Shown here piece by piece: positions 36,350 to 45,961 of a stretch of 64,000 bases of DNA. Both the position numbers and the translations under genes were made by a program. The notes under the pieces were generated by a model that had not been told where the DNA came from, did not search any database, and saw only the letters and a program-made list of their open reading frames with translations. Numbering within the stretch: the first letter of the stretch is position 1; every line of letters begins with the position of its first letter. This stretch comes from an uncultured Candidatus Saccharibacteria bacterium (lineage in GTDB: Bacteria; Patescibacteriota; Minisyncoccia; Portnoybacterales; UBA2143), in the NCBI GenBank assembly GCA_964556655.1, contig CAZKWY010000001.1:7528-71527 (forward strand). The letters run 5' to 3'.

Positions 36350-37511
36350 TAAGCCAGAAAATAATTGCTAAATCGTTCTTCCAATAAGGCGTGTCGAAAA
36401 GGCCGTGAACAAGAAAATATAATAAAACTGCCCCCAGATAAAACTGCCAGCCCTGAAATTGAGGGGCTTTTTTAAATGAAAAAACTTTTTTAAAAACGGC
36501 CAATAAAAGCCAGATAAAACCAACAATGCCCAGCAGTCCTGTCTGCAGCCAAAAAGCTAGGAAAATGTTATGTGGCTGGGGAACAGCCCACTCTGGATAA
36601 GGAGGAAAATTATGCTGATAAGCCAAATAATATCTCTGGAACACTCCCGGCCCAATGCCGACAAAAGGGTGATCTTTAGCGATTTCTAAGGCGCTTTGCC
36701 AAATAACCATCCTTGATTTAAGGGAAGGATAAGAAAAATCAACTATTCTTTGCAATTTTTCCTCTGGCCACTGGATTAAAAAGAAAATAATTATCATTAA
36801 AAAAAAGAGAATGATGAGATTTTTTCTATCCGAAAGAAAAGCTGCTTTCTTTAATCCAACCAGCAAAAAGAAAAAGGCTCCGACCAAGCCAAGCCACGCG
36901 CCATAAGAAAAAGTCAGATAAAGAACAAACGCCATACAAAAATAACCAACGGACAAAACAGTTTTTTTAGCTTTTTTTCTCGCTAAAGGCCATAGTCCTA
37001 GAGAAATAGCCAAAATCGGAGCTAAATACATAGCTAGATGATTAGGAGAAAGGAAAAAAGCTTTTAATCGACCGTCATAAGTCAAATCCCCATTGAGCCA
37101 ATACCAAAGACTAACTAAGCTGACTAAGGCGCCTGAGAGAAATAATCCTCGCAGAAGAGAAATAAAATAGCTTCTTTTTTTGATAAGATCAATTAAAACC
37201 AGATAAAAAAGAAGGGGCGCCAAAAACCACCCCTTCCATATGCCAGCGCTGGCAGAAAGATTGGAGGAAAAGAAAACAGCTAAGGTAGCTCCAAAAAAAA
37301 TTAAAAAAACAGGATATGGAAAATCAAAAAAAGATATTTTTTCTTTTTGAAGAGCCTTTTTTAAAAGCCATAAAAAGAAAGTAAGATAAATAAGGATCTC
37401 AATAAAATTAAAAGGGACCCAGCCAGCCTTAAAACGCAGCAAATAGAGAGGCAGGCAAACAATAATGAGATAGGAAAAATGTTTTACTAAACTATGGATT
37501 AAACTAGCCAT
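36309..37511 (-). CDS. O-antigen ligase (Wzy_C) family protein
   Basis: Multi-TM, SPNHLA, GIGPG..PHNIFL. Confidence 0.85.
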   Translation of the reverse strand: MASLIHSLVKHFSYLIIVCLPLYLLRFKAGWVPFNFIEILIYLTFFLWLLKKALQKEKISFFDFPYPVFLIFFGATLAVFFSSNLSASAGIWKGWFLAPLLFYLVLIDLIKKRSYFISLLRGLFLSGALVSLVSLWYWLNGDLTYDGRLKAFFLSPNHLAMYLAPILAISLGLWPLARKKAKKTVLSVGYFCMAFVLYLTFSYGAWLGLVGAFFFLLVGLKKAAFLSDRKNLIILFFLMIIIFFLIQWPEEKLQRIVDFSYPSLKSRMVIWQSALEIAKDHPFVGIGPGVFQRYYLAYQHNFPPYPEWAVPQPHNIFLAFWLQTGLLGIVGFIWLLLAVFKKVFSFKKAPQFQGWQFYLGAVLLYFLVHGLFDTPYWKNDLAIIFWLIIALANKGDRLAC

Positions 37512-38802
37512 TGTTTCGAGAAATATCTTCTAAAAGGCTCCTCGCCAAGCCTAAAATAACCATCAGCAGAGCCAAAAGGGAGGGGTGGTAAAGGCTTGTT
37601 TCAAAAAAGCTATGGCCCAAAAAATAAACAAGCGCTCCCATCAAAGAGACGGACAAGAATAATTCCTCGCTGCCGACCTCGTCCTTTCTTAAACATATTC
37701 TCTTAAAAAGAAAAAGAATAAGACCCAAGAAAAGAGCCAGCCAGACAAGCAGAGAAAAAATACCCATTTCAGAAAAAATATCTAAATAAAGATTGTGGGC
37801 GTTAATCGGACTGCGATAATCAGAATCACTATCAACCACCAAAGTATAGTTTCCAAACCCCACCCCTTGCCAAAAATTACTCCGTCCCGCCGTTCCCGCC
37901 TCTTTCCACATTTCCAATCTGCCTGTGTTAGATCCCTCTTCTAAATCAAAACTGGAATAAAAACGACTGGCAAAAGGATTAAAAGGCAGAAGAAAAATCA
38001 TCAAAGAAGCCAGCCAAATAAAAAGCCATTGTTTTTGTTTTAAACGAAGAAAAATTACTAATCCCGAAAAAGCAAAAAAAGAAACTATTACTGCTAGATA
38101 CGCGCCTCTGGCAAAGCTAAAAAGAAGGGCAACGAACAAAAGCCAATAACCGCCAAAAAGCCACTTTCTTGTCTTTTCTTTTCGGCTCAAGAAAAAACCC
38201 AGAGGAATAATTAAGCCAAGGTAAAAAGAAAAAATATGAGGGTCAGAAAAAACAGAAAAAGCCCTCATTATAGCAACGCCCTTAATTTCGACTAACCAAC
38301 TGGGATAAGCCAAGATTAAAGAGCCAAGATTAAATCCTGAAAAAACAGGTATTATGTTTAGAGCCCAAAAAGAAGCGACTCTTTCCAAGCCAAAAAGAAA
38401 CTGGCCCAAAAACTGACTCCAGCCAACAAAAGCCAAAAGACAAGCGCCTCCCCATAAAGCCCAAAGGGCTTGTCTTCTTTTTCTCCCATTGTCCAATAAA
38501 TCAACGGTTAAAAAATAAAGGGGAAAAATAGAAAGAAAAAACAATATCTTCCTTAGCCCCCAAAGAACATTTTCCGCGAAAAATAAAGAAAAGACAGCCA
38601 ACAGCAAAAATAAGATCAAAAAGAAAGACTCATAATGAAAAAAGAGGGGGCGAGAAAAAGATTTTCTTTTCTGCCAAAGCCAGATTAGAAAAAAAATTAA
38701 AATAAAAACGCGCAAAGAAGAAAGATCTATCCCCGGCAGAGGGTTGAGAGCGATTTGGAAGGGCAAATATGCTATTAAAAGAATCAACCATTTATACAAC
38801 AT
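37504..38802 (-). CDS. O-antigen ligase family protein
   Basis: Multi-TM, SFARG, GRLEMW..GVGFG..AHNLYL. Confidence 0.85.
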   Translation of the reverse strand: MLYKWLILLIAYLPFQIALNPLPGIDLSSLRVFILIFFLIWLWQKRKSFSRPLFFHYESFFLILFLLLAVFSLFFAENVLWGLRKILFFLSIFPLYFLTVDLLDNGRKRRQALWALWGGACLLAFVGWSQFLGQFLFGLERVASFWALNIIPVFSGFNLGSLILAYPSWLVEIKGVAIMRAFSVFSDPHIFSFYLGLIIPLGFFLSRKEKTRKWLFGGYWLLFVALLFSFARGAYLAVIVSFFAFSGLVIFLRLKQKQWLFIWLASLMIFLLPFNPFASRFYSSFDLEEGSNTGRLEMWKEAGTAGRSNFWQGVGFGNYTLVVDSDSDYRSPINAHNLYLDIFSEMGIFSLLVWLALFLGLILFLFKRICLRKDEVGSEELFLSVSLMGALVYFLGHSFFETSLYHPSLLALLMVILGLARSLLEDISRNNG

Positions 38803-40213
38803 CTTTCCTTATTAAAGGTAAAAGATCTTTTTTAATGGAAAAAACGCCCATCAAATAAAGAACAATGAAATAAACCGCCCCTCCTGAAAAAACGGCTACC
38901 CAAGGATTATTTAATAAACCCGACCAAATAAATAAGGCCATTATTGCTCCAGCTCCGAAATATTTCAATAAAGAAACAAGGGAAGGCAGACGCCCCAGAA
39001 GCCGCCTGACGACCACAAGCATTAAAAACGTGACTATTAATTCGGTAAAAAGAGTGGTGAAAGCCGCTCCAAAGTAAGAATAGCGAGGAATTAAAAGCAA
39101 GTTGGCCGCCAAATTTATTAAAGCTCCTAAGCCATAAAAATAGGTAAGAATTTTTTGTTTTTTAAAGGAAATAATGGTATTGGAAAAAAGAACGGCCAGA
39201 AAAATAACACTAGCTGCGACAACAAGAATGTTAAGCACCGACGCTGAAGCAATAAATTCTCTGCCTCCTACCAACACTACTAATTCCTTGGAAATAAAAA
39301 AAGTGCCGACAGCAAGAGGAACGATAAAAAGAGCCAAAAGATTAAATCCTTTTTGGAAAATATGGTAAAATTTTTCGCGATTTGTAAACGCGTAGCGAGA
39401 CATCAACGGAACGATTAAGCCAACAAACATTGCCGGAAAAAACAAAAGGCTCTCTAAAAATTTATAAGCCAAATTATAAATCCCTACTTCGCCCGGAGGT
39501 CTCATCACTGAAAGCATTAAGGTGTCCATTTTAAAATAAACAGCCGTAAAAATAATTGCCAAAGCCAAAGGAACGGATTCCTGGAGCAAACGGCGCCAAA
39601 AAGAAAAATCAAAATCAAACCCGACTTTAACATAGCGGCGAGAAAAAAGGAAAGTTAAGCCAAAAGAGATCAAGGAACCGACCGCCATAGCCCAAAGCAA
39701 AGAAAAAAATCCTAAGCCAAGTTTAATAAAGAAAAAAACCAGCCCTAACTGAATAAGCCGGCCCAAAAGCTCAGCCAAAGCTACCTTATCCATCCTAAGG
39801 TATTTTTGAAAAATCCCCATTAAAACCTGCTGATTAGACATCAGCCAAAAAGCTAGAGCGCCGATTAAAACGCCCCATTTTACTTGGCCGGGATAAGGGA
39901 ATAAAAGAATTGTCAAAGGAGCCAAAGAAAAAACAGCCAAACCCGCAAAAAATCTTAAAGAAAAAGCATTGCTAGCAATCTTTTTTTTATCGGCAAGAGG
40001 ACGAGAAATATCTCTGACGCAAATAGAGTAAAGACCAAGATCTGATAAAACAGTAAAAAAATACAAAAAAGCCAAGATGGTCGCGTAATAGCCAAAACCC
40101 TCTTGGCCAAGATGACGGGTAATCAACCCGATAATAATTAAAGAAAGGGCTAGACCAATAATTCTAGCCCCCGCAGAAACCAAACTGTTATAAGCTATCT
40201 TTTTATCAATCAT
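38792..40213 (-). CDS. Polysaccharide flippase (Wzx)
   Basis: Many TM helices, typical MOP-family pattern. Confidence 0.88.
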   Translation of the reverse strand: MIDKKIAYNSLVSAGARIIGLALSLIIIGLITRHLGQEGFGYYATILAFLYFFTVLSDLGLYSICVRDISRPLADKKKIASNAFSLRFFAGLAVFSLAPLTILLFPYPGQVKWGVLIGALAFWLMSNQQVLMGIFQKYLRMDKVALAELLGRLIQLGLVFFFIKLGLGFFSLLWAMAVGSLISFGLTFLFSRRYVKVGFDFDFSFWRRLLQESVPLALAIIFTAVYFKMDTLMLSVMRPPGEVGIYNLAYKFLESLLFFPAMFVGLIVPLMSRYAFTNREKFYHIFQKGFNLLALFIVPLAVGTFFISKELVVLVGGREFIASASVLNILVVAASVIFLAVLFSNTIISFKKQKILTYFYGLGALINLAANLLLIPRYSYFGAAFTTLFTELIVTFLMLVVVRRLLGRLPSLVSLLKYFGAGAIMALFIWSGLLNNPWVAVFSGGAVYFIVLYLMGVFSIKKDLLPLIRKDVV

Positions 40214-40668
40214 TTTTTAGAAACAGATCTGACGACAATTCTTCTTTCAGGTTCCTCGCCAACGCTTTCTGTTTCTATTCGCGGATAAGAGGATAGGACA
40301 AGGTGAATAATTCTTCTTTCGCGAGCAGGCATCGGCTGAAGAGTAACAGCTATTTTTTCTGACAAAGCTTGCTGAGCAATGTTTTGAGCTAATCCCTCCA
40401 ATAGTCTGCTCCGATGCTGGCGATAATTGTTGATATCAAGACAGAAATAAACAGGTTCTCCAGCTTGCTTGCTAACTAAAAGACGAGCTAGATGTTGGAA
40501 AGCTTCTAAATTAATCCCGCCCTGGCCAATTAAAAAACCAGCCTTTTCGCTTTGAATATTAACCAACAAACCCTCTTGGGGATGCTCTTCTATGGAAACC
40601 TCTTCGCGCAGGCTCATATATTCAAGCATCTTGGCAATAGTTTCTTTAATCAGCCTAATCTTATCCAT
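40210..40668 (-). CDS. jag: Jag/KhpB KH-R3H RNA-binding protein
   Basis: LIGQGG, MPARERRIIH, GEEPERR. Confidence 0.9.
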   Translation of the reverse strand: MDKIRLIKETIAKMLEYMSLREEVSIEEHPQEGLLVNIQSEKAGFLIGQGGINLEAFQHLARLLVSKQAGEPVYFCLDINNYRQHRSRLLEGLAQNIAQQALSEKIAVTLQPMPARERRIIHLVLSSYPRIETESVGEEPERRIVVRSVSKK

Positions 40669-40702
40669 AAGAATACTAATATAATACTTATTGGATTAAA
40701 TT

Positions 40703-41425
40703 TCAAGCCTCTGCCTCTGTTCGAACCTTAGTTAAGCGATGTTGAATAATGCCAAAAACAGTAATCACAGACCAATAAAGAGGCAGAGCGGCGGGAAGAT
40801 TTAAAGCAATAAAAAAAGTAAGCAAAGGCATAAAATAAGTCATTTGGCTGCTTAGGATAGAAGAAACATCAATGCCGCCTACCTTGCCTTTCTGGGCCGA
40901 AGATCCTTTTTTGGGCATTACCATTTTAGAATGAAAAAACTGCAAAATACCAGCAAGAAAAGCGAAGATGATGCTTTTTTGTGAAAGATCAACTAGATTT
41001 AAAAACATAACATTGAAAGAAGCAGGCTCCTGAACAAAATTATAAAGCAAATCAAAATTATGCGCGTCTAAACCGGTAAAAAAAACTCGATACAAAGCAA
41101 TTAAAATCGGCAGCTGAATTAAAATAGGCAGGCATCCAGCCATTGGATTGATACGATGCTTTTGGTATAAGGACATTAAGGCGCGCGCCTGCTCTTCTTT
41201 GTTGGGATGCTTTTTCTGAATTTCCTTAATTTTTGGCTGAAGCTGGCTAATTTCTTTCTGCGAACGAACTGCTTTTTTAGAAAAAGGATAAAGAATCAAA
41301 CGAATAATAGAAGTAAGAACAATAATGGCAATGCCCAAATCGGGAATAATATTATAGATAAAAACAAGAGCATTAAAGAGGGGACGATAAAGAGTTTCGT
41401 TAAAAATAGTAATAAAAATTTCCAT
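40703..41425 (-). CDS. yidC: Membrane insertase YidC (short form)
   Basis: LQPKIKEIQ..NPMAGCLPILIQLPIL..LYW. Confidence 0.94.
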   Translation of the reverse strand: MEIFITIFNETLYRPLFNALVFIYNIIPDLGIAIIVLTSIIRLILYPFSKKAVRSQKEISQLQPKIKEIQKKHPNKEEQARALMSLYQKHRINPMAGCLPILIQLPILIALYRVFFTGLDAHNFDLLYNFVQEPASFNVMFLNLVDLSQKSIIFAFLAGILQFFHSKMVMPKKGSSAQKGKVGGIDVSSILSSQMTYFMPLLTFFIALNLPAALPLYWSVITVFGIIQHRLTKVRTEAEA

Positions 41426-41429
41426 TTTT

Positions 41430-41774
41430 TTATTTTTTTATTAAACCAGCCTTTTCAAATAAGCACGTTAATTCTTCTTTAATAAGCTGATATTCTTTTT
41501 CTATAATCTTATCAGAAGGAATAACTACGATATCAAAACAACATTTAAGCTTCTCTTTTTCATCAAAGACTATTTCTTCTAGCCTTTTTTTTATTTTATT
41601 TCGCCAAACAGCTTTCTTTGATATTTTCAGGCCTACTACAAAAGCAAATCTATTAAAGCCTAAATTATTAGCTTTAGTTTTGATTTTTAAAAAATCTCCG
41701 TAATAAGAACGACCTTGATCAAATAGTTCCTTAAAATCGTTCTTTTTTTTGAGCTTGTGTTTTCGTTTAAGCAT
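41430..41774 (-). CDS. rnpA: RNase P protein component
   Basis: KISKKAVWRNKIKK motif; gene context. Confidence 0.9.
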   Translation of the reverse strand: MLKRKHKLKKKNDFKELFDQGRSYYGDFLKIKTKANNLGFNRFAFVVGLKISKKAVWRNKIKKRLEEIVFDEKEKLKCCFDIVVIPSDKIIEKEYQLIKEELTCLFEKAGLIKK

Positions 41775-41813
41775 TTACGCGCAAAACAAAAACTCCTTCT
41801 TTTGCAATGAAGG

Positions 41814-41948
41814 CTAGACAGTTATTTTTTTTCTTTTTTTAAGTCTTCTTTTAGAAAGAACCCTTTTCCCAAATTTATCTGCCATTCTTTTTTTAAAACC
41901 ATGGGTTCTTTTCCTTTTTTTTCTCTTGGGATTGTAAGTAAAAGACAT
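41814..41948 (-). CDS. rpmH: 50S ribosomal protein L34 (not in ORF track)
   Basis: MSFTYNPKRKKRKRTHGFKKRMADKFGKRVLSKRRLKKRKKITV. Confidence 0.95.
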   Translation of the reverse strand: MSFTYNPKRKKRKRTHGFKKRMADKFGKRVLSKRRLKKRKKITV

Positions 41949-42016
41949 AACTAAAATTAATTAAAGACCTAGTTTAGGTTAGCATTTTAAAAAAACTAAG
42001 TCAAATCACTAACAAC

Positions 42017-42068
42017 TTATCCCCAATCAATCCACAACTAAAGAAAAAACAGCATTATCTGTGGATAT
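42017..42068. promoter_or_regulatory. DnaA-box cluster upstream of dnaA
   Basis: TTATCCCCA, CAATCCACA, TGTGGATAT (1-2 mismatches to TTATCCACA). Confidence 0.7.
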
Positions 42069-42132
42069 TTTTTAAAATATCGGGTTTGTGATAGAATAAA
42101 AGCGCTAACAAAAAAATAATTTCCCCAAGTTT

Positions 42133-43494
42133 ATGGACTTAAAAGAACTTTGGCAGACAACTTTAACCGAAATAGAGCTGACCACATCCAAAGCCAATTA
42201 TATCACCTGGTTCAAAAACACTGACATTCATGCCAAAAAAGAAGGAACTGTTATCATCAACACTCCCAACGGGTTCACCAAAGAATGGCTGGAGAACAAA
42301 TACAACAAACTAATTTTAAAAATTCTCCGCAATCACTCTCCTGACGTTAAAGATGTCCAATTCGTTATTGGGAAATCTTCTTTTTCACCAAAAGAAAACG
42401 AATACAAGAAAGAAAAAGAAGAAAACTTCTTAAACGACCAGCAATTAGGCTTTCAAGAATTTAATCTTAATAAAGAAACCAATCTCAATCCTAAATATAA
42501 CTTTGACAACTTTATTGTAGGCTCTTTCAACGAATTAGCTCAAGCGGCCGGCCGAGCTGTGGTTAAGCATGCAGGAACTCTCTACAACCCTTTATTTGTT
42601 TACGGCGGCGTAGGATTAGGCAAAACCCACCTCTTGCAAGCTATTGGCAATGAATTAACCAAAAAACACCCGAATAAAAAAATAAAATACTTAAGCTCTG
42701 AAAAATATACCACTGAACTTGTAGATGCTATCTCTAAAAGAGGGATGGAAAGTTTTAAAGATAAATACCATAAAACAGATGTGCTTATTATTGATGATAT
42801 TCAATTTATTGCTGGCAAAGAAAAAACACAAGAAGAGTTTTTCCATACCTTTAATTCTCTTTATCAAAAAAATAAACAAATTATCATTAGCTCCGATAGG
42901 CCGCCTAACGCTATCGCCACCTTAGAAGACCGCCTAAGATCAAGATTTGAAGGAGGAATGATCGCTGATGTGAGCACTCCTGATCTAGAAACAAGATTTG
43001 CTATTTTAAAAAATAAAGCTCAAGAGAAAAAAGTTAAAATCCCTGATGAATCAATTAATTATATTGTCACCCATATCCAAAAAAGCATTAGGGATCTAGA
43101 AGGAGCGCTTAACAGGGTAGTGGCTTTTTCTCAAATTAACAATACCACTCCTACGCTTAAAAATACCGCCAAGATACTTTCTCAGATCATTAAAACACCA
43201 AAAAAAATGACCAATCACAAAAACATCATTCAAACTGTGGCAGAATTTTATGATATCGCCATCAGTGATTTAACTAGCCACTCCCGCAAAAAAGAATTAG
43301 TCAGACCTAGACAAATTACTATGCATCTCCTAAGAGAAGAGCTAAAAGGATCGTATCCTTTTATTGGAGAAAAATTGGGCGGTAGAGATCATACCACTGT
43401 TATTTATGCCTGCCAAAAAATTAATAAGGAGATAGAAGAAAACGACTCTCTTCAACAAGAAATCAATCTCATTAAAGAAAGGCTTTATAATTAA
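42133..43494 (+). CDS. dnaA: Chromosomal replication initiator DnaA
   Basis: YNPLFVYGGVGLGKTHL, IDDIQF, GGRDHTTV. Confidence 0.98.
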   Translation: MDLKELWQTTLTEIELTTSKANYITWFKNTDIHAKKEGTVIINTPNGFTKEWLENKYNKLILKILRNHSPDVKDVQFVIGKSSFSPKENEYKKEKEENFLNDQQLGFQEFNLNKETNLNPKYNFDNFIVGSFNELAQAAGRAVVKHAGTLYNPLFVYGGVGLGKTHLLQAIGNELTKKHPNKKIKYLSSEKYTTELVDAISKRGMESFKDKYHKTDVLIIDDIQFIAGKEKTQEEFFHTFNSLYQKNKQIIISSDRPPNAIATLEDRLRSRFEGGMIADVSTPDLETRFAILKNKAQEKKVKIPDESINYIVTHIQKSIRDLEGALNRVVAFSQINNTTPTLKNTAKILSQIIKTPKKMTNHKNIIQTVAEFYDIAISDLTSHSRKKELVRPRQITMHLLREELKGSYPFIGEKLGGRDHTTVIYACQKINKEIEENDSLQQEINLIKERLYN

Positions 43495-43662
43495 CCTCTT
43501 ATAAGATTTTTATCAACAAGCTTTTCTATTCTTTTTGCCCAAGCTGTTAAAAAGAAAAATAACTCTAATAAACAAAAAAGAAGTTTTTCCCCATAAAAAT
43601 TATCACTAATAATATCAATAATAATTTTATATTTATATTATTAATATTATTATTAATTAATA
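43495..43662. other. Probable oriC unwinding region (dnaA-dnaN spacer)
   Basis: DnaA-box-like TTATCAACA and TTTTCCCCA followed by a nearly pure AT tract; apparent C-to-G skew change across the locus. Confidence 0.7.
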
Positions 43663-44775
43663 ATGGAAATTATTTGTCTCAAAGAAAAATTAAAAAAGGC
43701 CCTTAATATTGCGGAAAGAATTATCGGAAGAAACTTAACTTTGCCTATCTTAAATAACCTTTTATTGAATACAGAAAAGAATAAGCTAAGAATTTCTTCT
43801 ACTAACCTTGAAATAGGCATTAATTGTTGGCTTCCTGTTAAAGTTAAGGAAAAAGGAAGCATTACTGTGCCTGCTAAATTGATAGCTGGTTTTGTTAATA
43901 ATCTTCCCAATAAAAAAGTAGAGATAAAAAATAAAAACAACCAACTGCAGATAAAATGCGAAAGCTATAAATCAATTATTAACGGCTTAAGCGCCGATGA
44001 TTTTCCTATTATCCCTAAAGTTAAAAGTGATTGTGTCTTAGAAATCAAAGGCAGTAATTTAAGGGATACTCTTTCTCAGGTGGTGAGCATTGCTTCTTTT
44101 TCAGAATCAAGGCCTGAAATTTCTGGTGTTTTTATTTCCTTTAATAAAAATAATATTACCTTAGCGGCAACAGATAGCTTTAGGTTGGCGGAAAAAAATT
44201 TAGAAGCGGAGAAAAGCAACTTTTCATTCGGAGAAAACAGCTCTATTATTGTTCCTCAGAGGACAATTCAGGAATTAATAAGGATCTTAGGCGAAGAAGA
44301 TAGCGAGCTGGTTAAATTATTTTTTGCTAATAGCCAAATTTTATTTGATATGGGCAATCAGCAGATTGTTTCACGTCTTATTGAGGGTCAATACCCAGAT
44401 TATCAACAAATTATCCCCGACAAACTTGAAACAGAAGCTATTATTAATAAACAGGAGTTAATTAACAGCGTTAAATTATCCGGTTTATTCAGCGGCAAGG
44501 CAGGAAATGTCAATCTATTAGTTAATCCTAAAAAATCGGCGGTCATTGTTTCCTCAAAAGACACTGAACTAGGGCAAAACCAATCCCAAATAGAGGCTAA
44601 GATTAAAGGGAAAGAAATAGAGGCAACGTTAAATTATCAATATATATTAGAAGGATTAAGCAATATTTTTAGCGATAAAGTTGTTTTGGGGCTTAATGAT
44701 AATTCCAAGCCAGTTTTATTAAAACCAGTAGGAGATATTAGTTATAATTATATTGTTATGCCTATTAAAGTATAA
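43663..44775 (+). CDS. dnaN: DNA polymerase III beta clamp
   Basis: STNLE, ATDSFRLAE, SRLIEGQYPDY, VMPI. Confidence 0.97.
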   Translation: MEIICLKEKLKKALNIAERIIGRNLTLPILNNLLLNTEKNKLRISSTNLEIGINCWLPVKVKEKGSITVPAKLIAGFVNNLPNKKVEIKNKNNQLQIKCESYKSIINGLSADDFPIIPKVKSDCVLEIKGSNLRDTLSQVVSIASFSESRPEISGVFISFNKNNITLAATDSFRLAEKNLEAEKSNFSFGENSSIIVPQRTIQELIRILGEEDSELVKLFFANSQILFDMGNQQIVSRLIEGQYPDYQQIIPDKLETEAIINKQELINSVKLSGLFSGKAGNVNLLVNPKKSAVIVSSKDTELGQNQSQIEAKIKGKEIEATLNYQYILEGLSNIFSDKVVLGLNDNSKPVLLKPVGDISYNYIVMPIKV

Positions 44776-45541
44776 TGATTAGCAAATTAAAACAAATTGG
44801 CTTATCAGACAAAGAAGCTAGAGTTTATCTAGCTTCTTTGGAGCTTGGAGAAGCTTCTATCCAAAAATTTCTTTAAAAGCAGAAGTCAATCGACCAACTA
44901 CTTATGTTCAGATGGATAGCCTTATTAAAATGGGATTAATGGCTTCTGTGGAAAAGAATAAAAAAAAGCGCTTTTCGCCTCTTCCTCCTTCGCAACTGCT
45001 TTCTTTTTTAGATAACAAAGAAAAAGAAATTGCCAAAAAGAGAGAAGATCTTAAATTGTCTCTATCAGAGTTTGATTATATTTATAATTTATCTTCTTCT
45101 AGCGAAAAGCCCAGGGTGATGTTTTTTGAAGGAAGAGAGGGGATTAAAGCTATCCAAAACGATATTCTTAAAAGTAAAATAGATCATATTTGCGAATTTG
45201 TTTCTTTAGATGATTCTTATCGTGTTTTTCCGCCAAAAAAAAACGATCATAGGGCAAAAATGAAAAAGAAGTTAAAAAAAGTTGTCAGTCGTGTAATTTA
45301 TACCACTCAAAAAGGCCCTTTTCTAAAAGAAAAAGACAATCTTACTGAACGGCGGTTTGTGCCTTATGAGAAATATCCTTTTCATACTGAAATTAGTGTT
45401 TATGCCAATAAAACAGCCTTTGTTTCCCATCAAGATAAGCTTATTGGCGCGGTAATTGAATGCCAAGATATTTCTAACAGCTTGGAGATTATTTTTAATC
45501 TAGCTTGGGAGGCAACAGAAAAACACCAAAGAGAAAAATAA
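44775..45541 (+). pseudogene. TrmB-family HTH regulator, split by a 1-base frameshift near 44862-44875
   Basis: MISKLKQIGLSDKEARVYLASLELGEASIQK continues in the -1 frame as KAEVNRPTTYVQMDSL...FEGREGIK. Confidence 0.8.
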
Positions 45542-45563
45542 GTCGTAGTTGTTTTTAATTTTT

Positions 45564-45601
45564 AAAGCCCCTATTCCGAAAACAAAGGAATAGGGGCTTT
45601 T
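45564..45601. terminator. Bidirectional terminator
   Basis: AAAGCCCCTATTCC..GGAATAGGGGCTTT. Confidence 0.8.
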
Positions 45602-45657
45602 AAGCTGCCCTCTTTGCAGTGGGCAACCCTAGGTAGTGTGAATTTTTTTATTGCCAT
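45571..45657 (-). CDS. Candidate 28-aa small peptide MAIKKFTLPRVAHCKEGSLKAPIPLFSE
   Basis: SD AAGGAGAG 9 nt before ATG; promoter TTGATA-N17-TATAAT at 45715-45687. Confidence 0.45.
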   Translation of the reverse strand: MAIKKFTLPRVAHCKEGSLKAPIPLFSE

Positions 45658-45725
45658 AAAGCAGCACTCTCCTTTCTTAATATTTTATTATAGATGTTTT
45701 TTGATAGGATATCAAGTGAATATTT

Positions 45726-45820
45726 TATGTCAACAATATTTGACATAGATCAACAAAATTTATATGATATCAATAATGTCAGTTTTTTAGCGTAGTTTTA
45801 TGTCATTATCTATTGACATA
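45726..45820. promoter_or_regulatory. Twin palindromic operators TATGTCA-N8-TGACATA
   Basis: Copies at 45726-45747 and 45799-45820; the second overlaps the -35 of a consensus promoter. Confidence 0.75.
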
Positions 45821-45847
45821 AAATATAATAAGTGATATAATCTAGAA

Positions 45848-45961
45848 AACAACACTTTTTAGTGCGAGAGTCTCGCCTCGTTCTCCTCCTTACGAGGCCT
45901 CCTTCCGGGGGGATAGGGGCTTGATGCCGTAAGAGGCTTTCGCGCTAAAGGGTGTTTTTTT
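45848..45961 (+). ncRNA. Candidate structured small RNA (~110 nt)
   Basis: Promoter TTGACA-N17-TATAAT (45813-45841); 24-bp closing stem with 5 G-U pairs valid only on +; 3' U-tract. Confidence 0.7.

Noticed and set aside
45848-45961. SRP 4.5S RNA, or simply the PBP terminator
   Set aside because: Lacks the SRP GGAA tetraloop with CAGG/AGCA motif; G-U pairs and U-tract favour the + strand, opposite to the PBP gene
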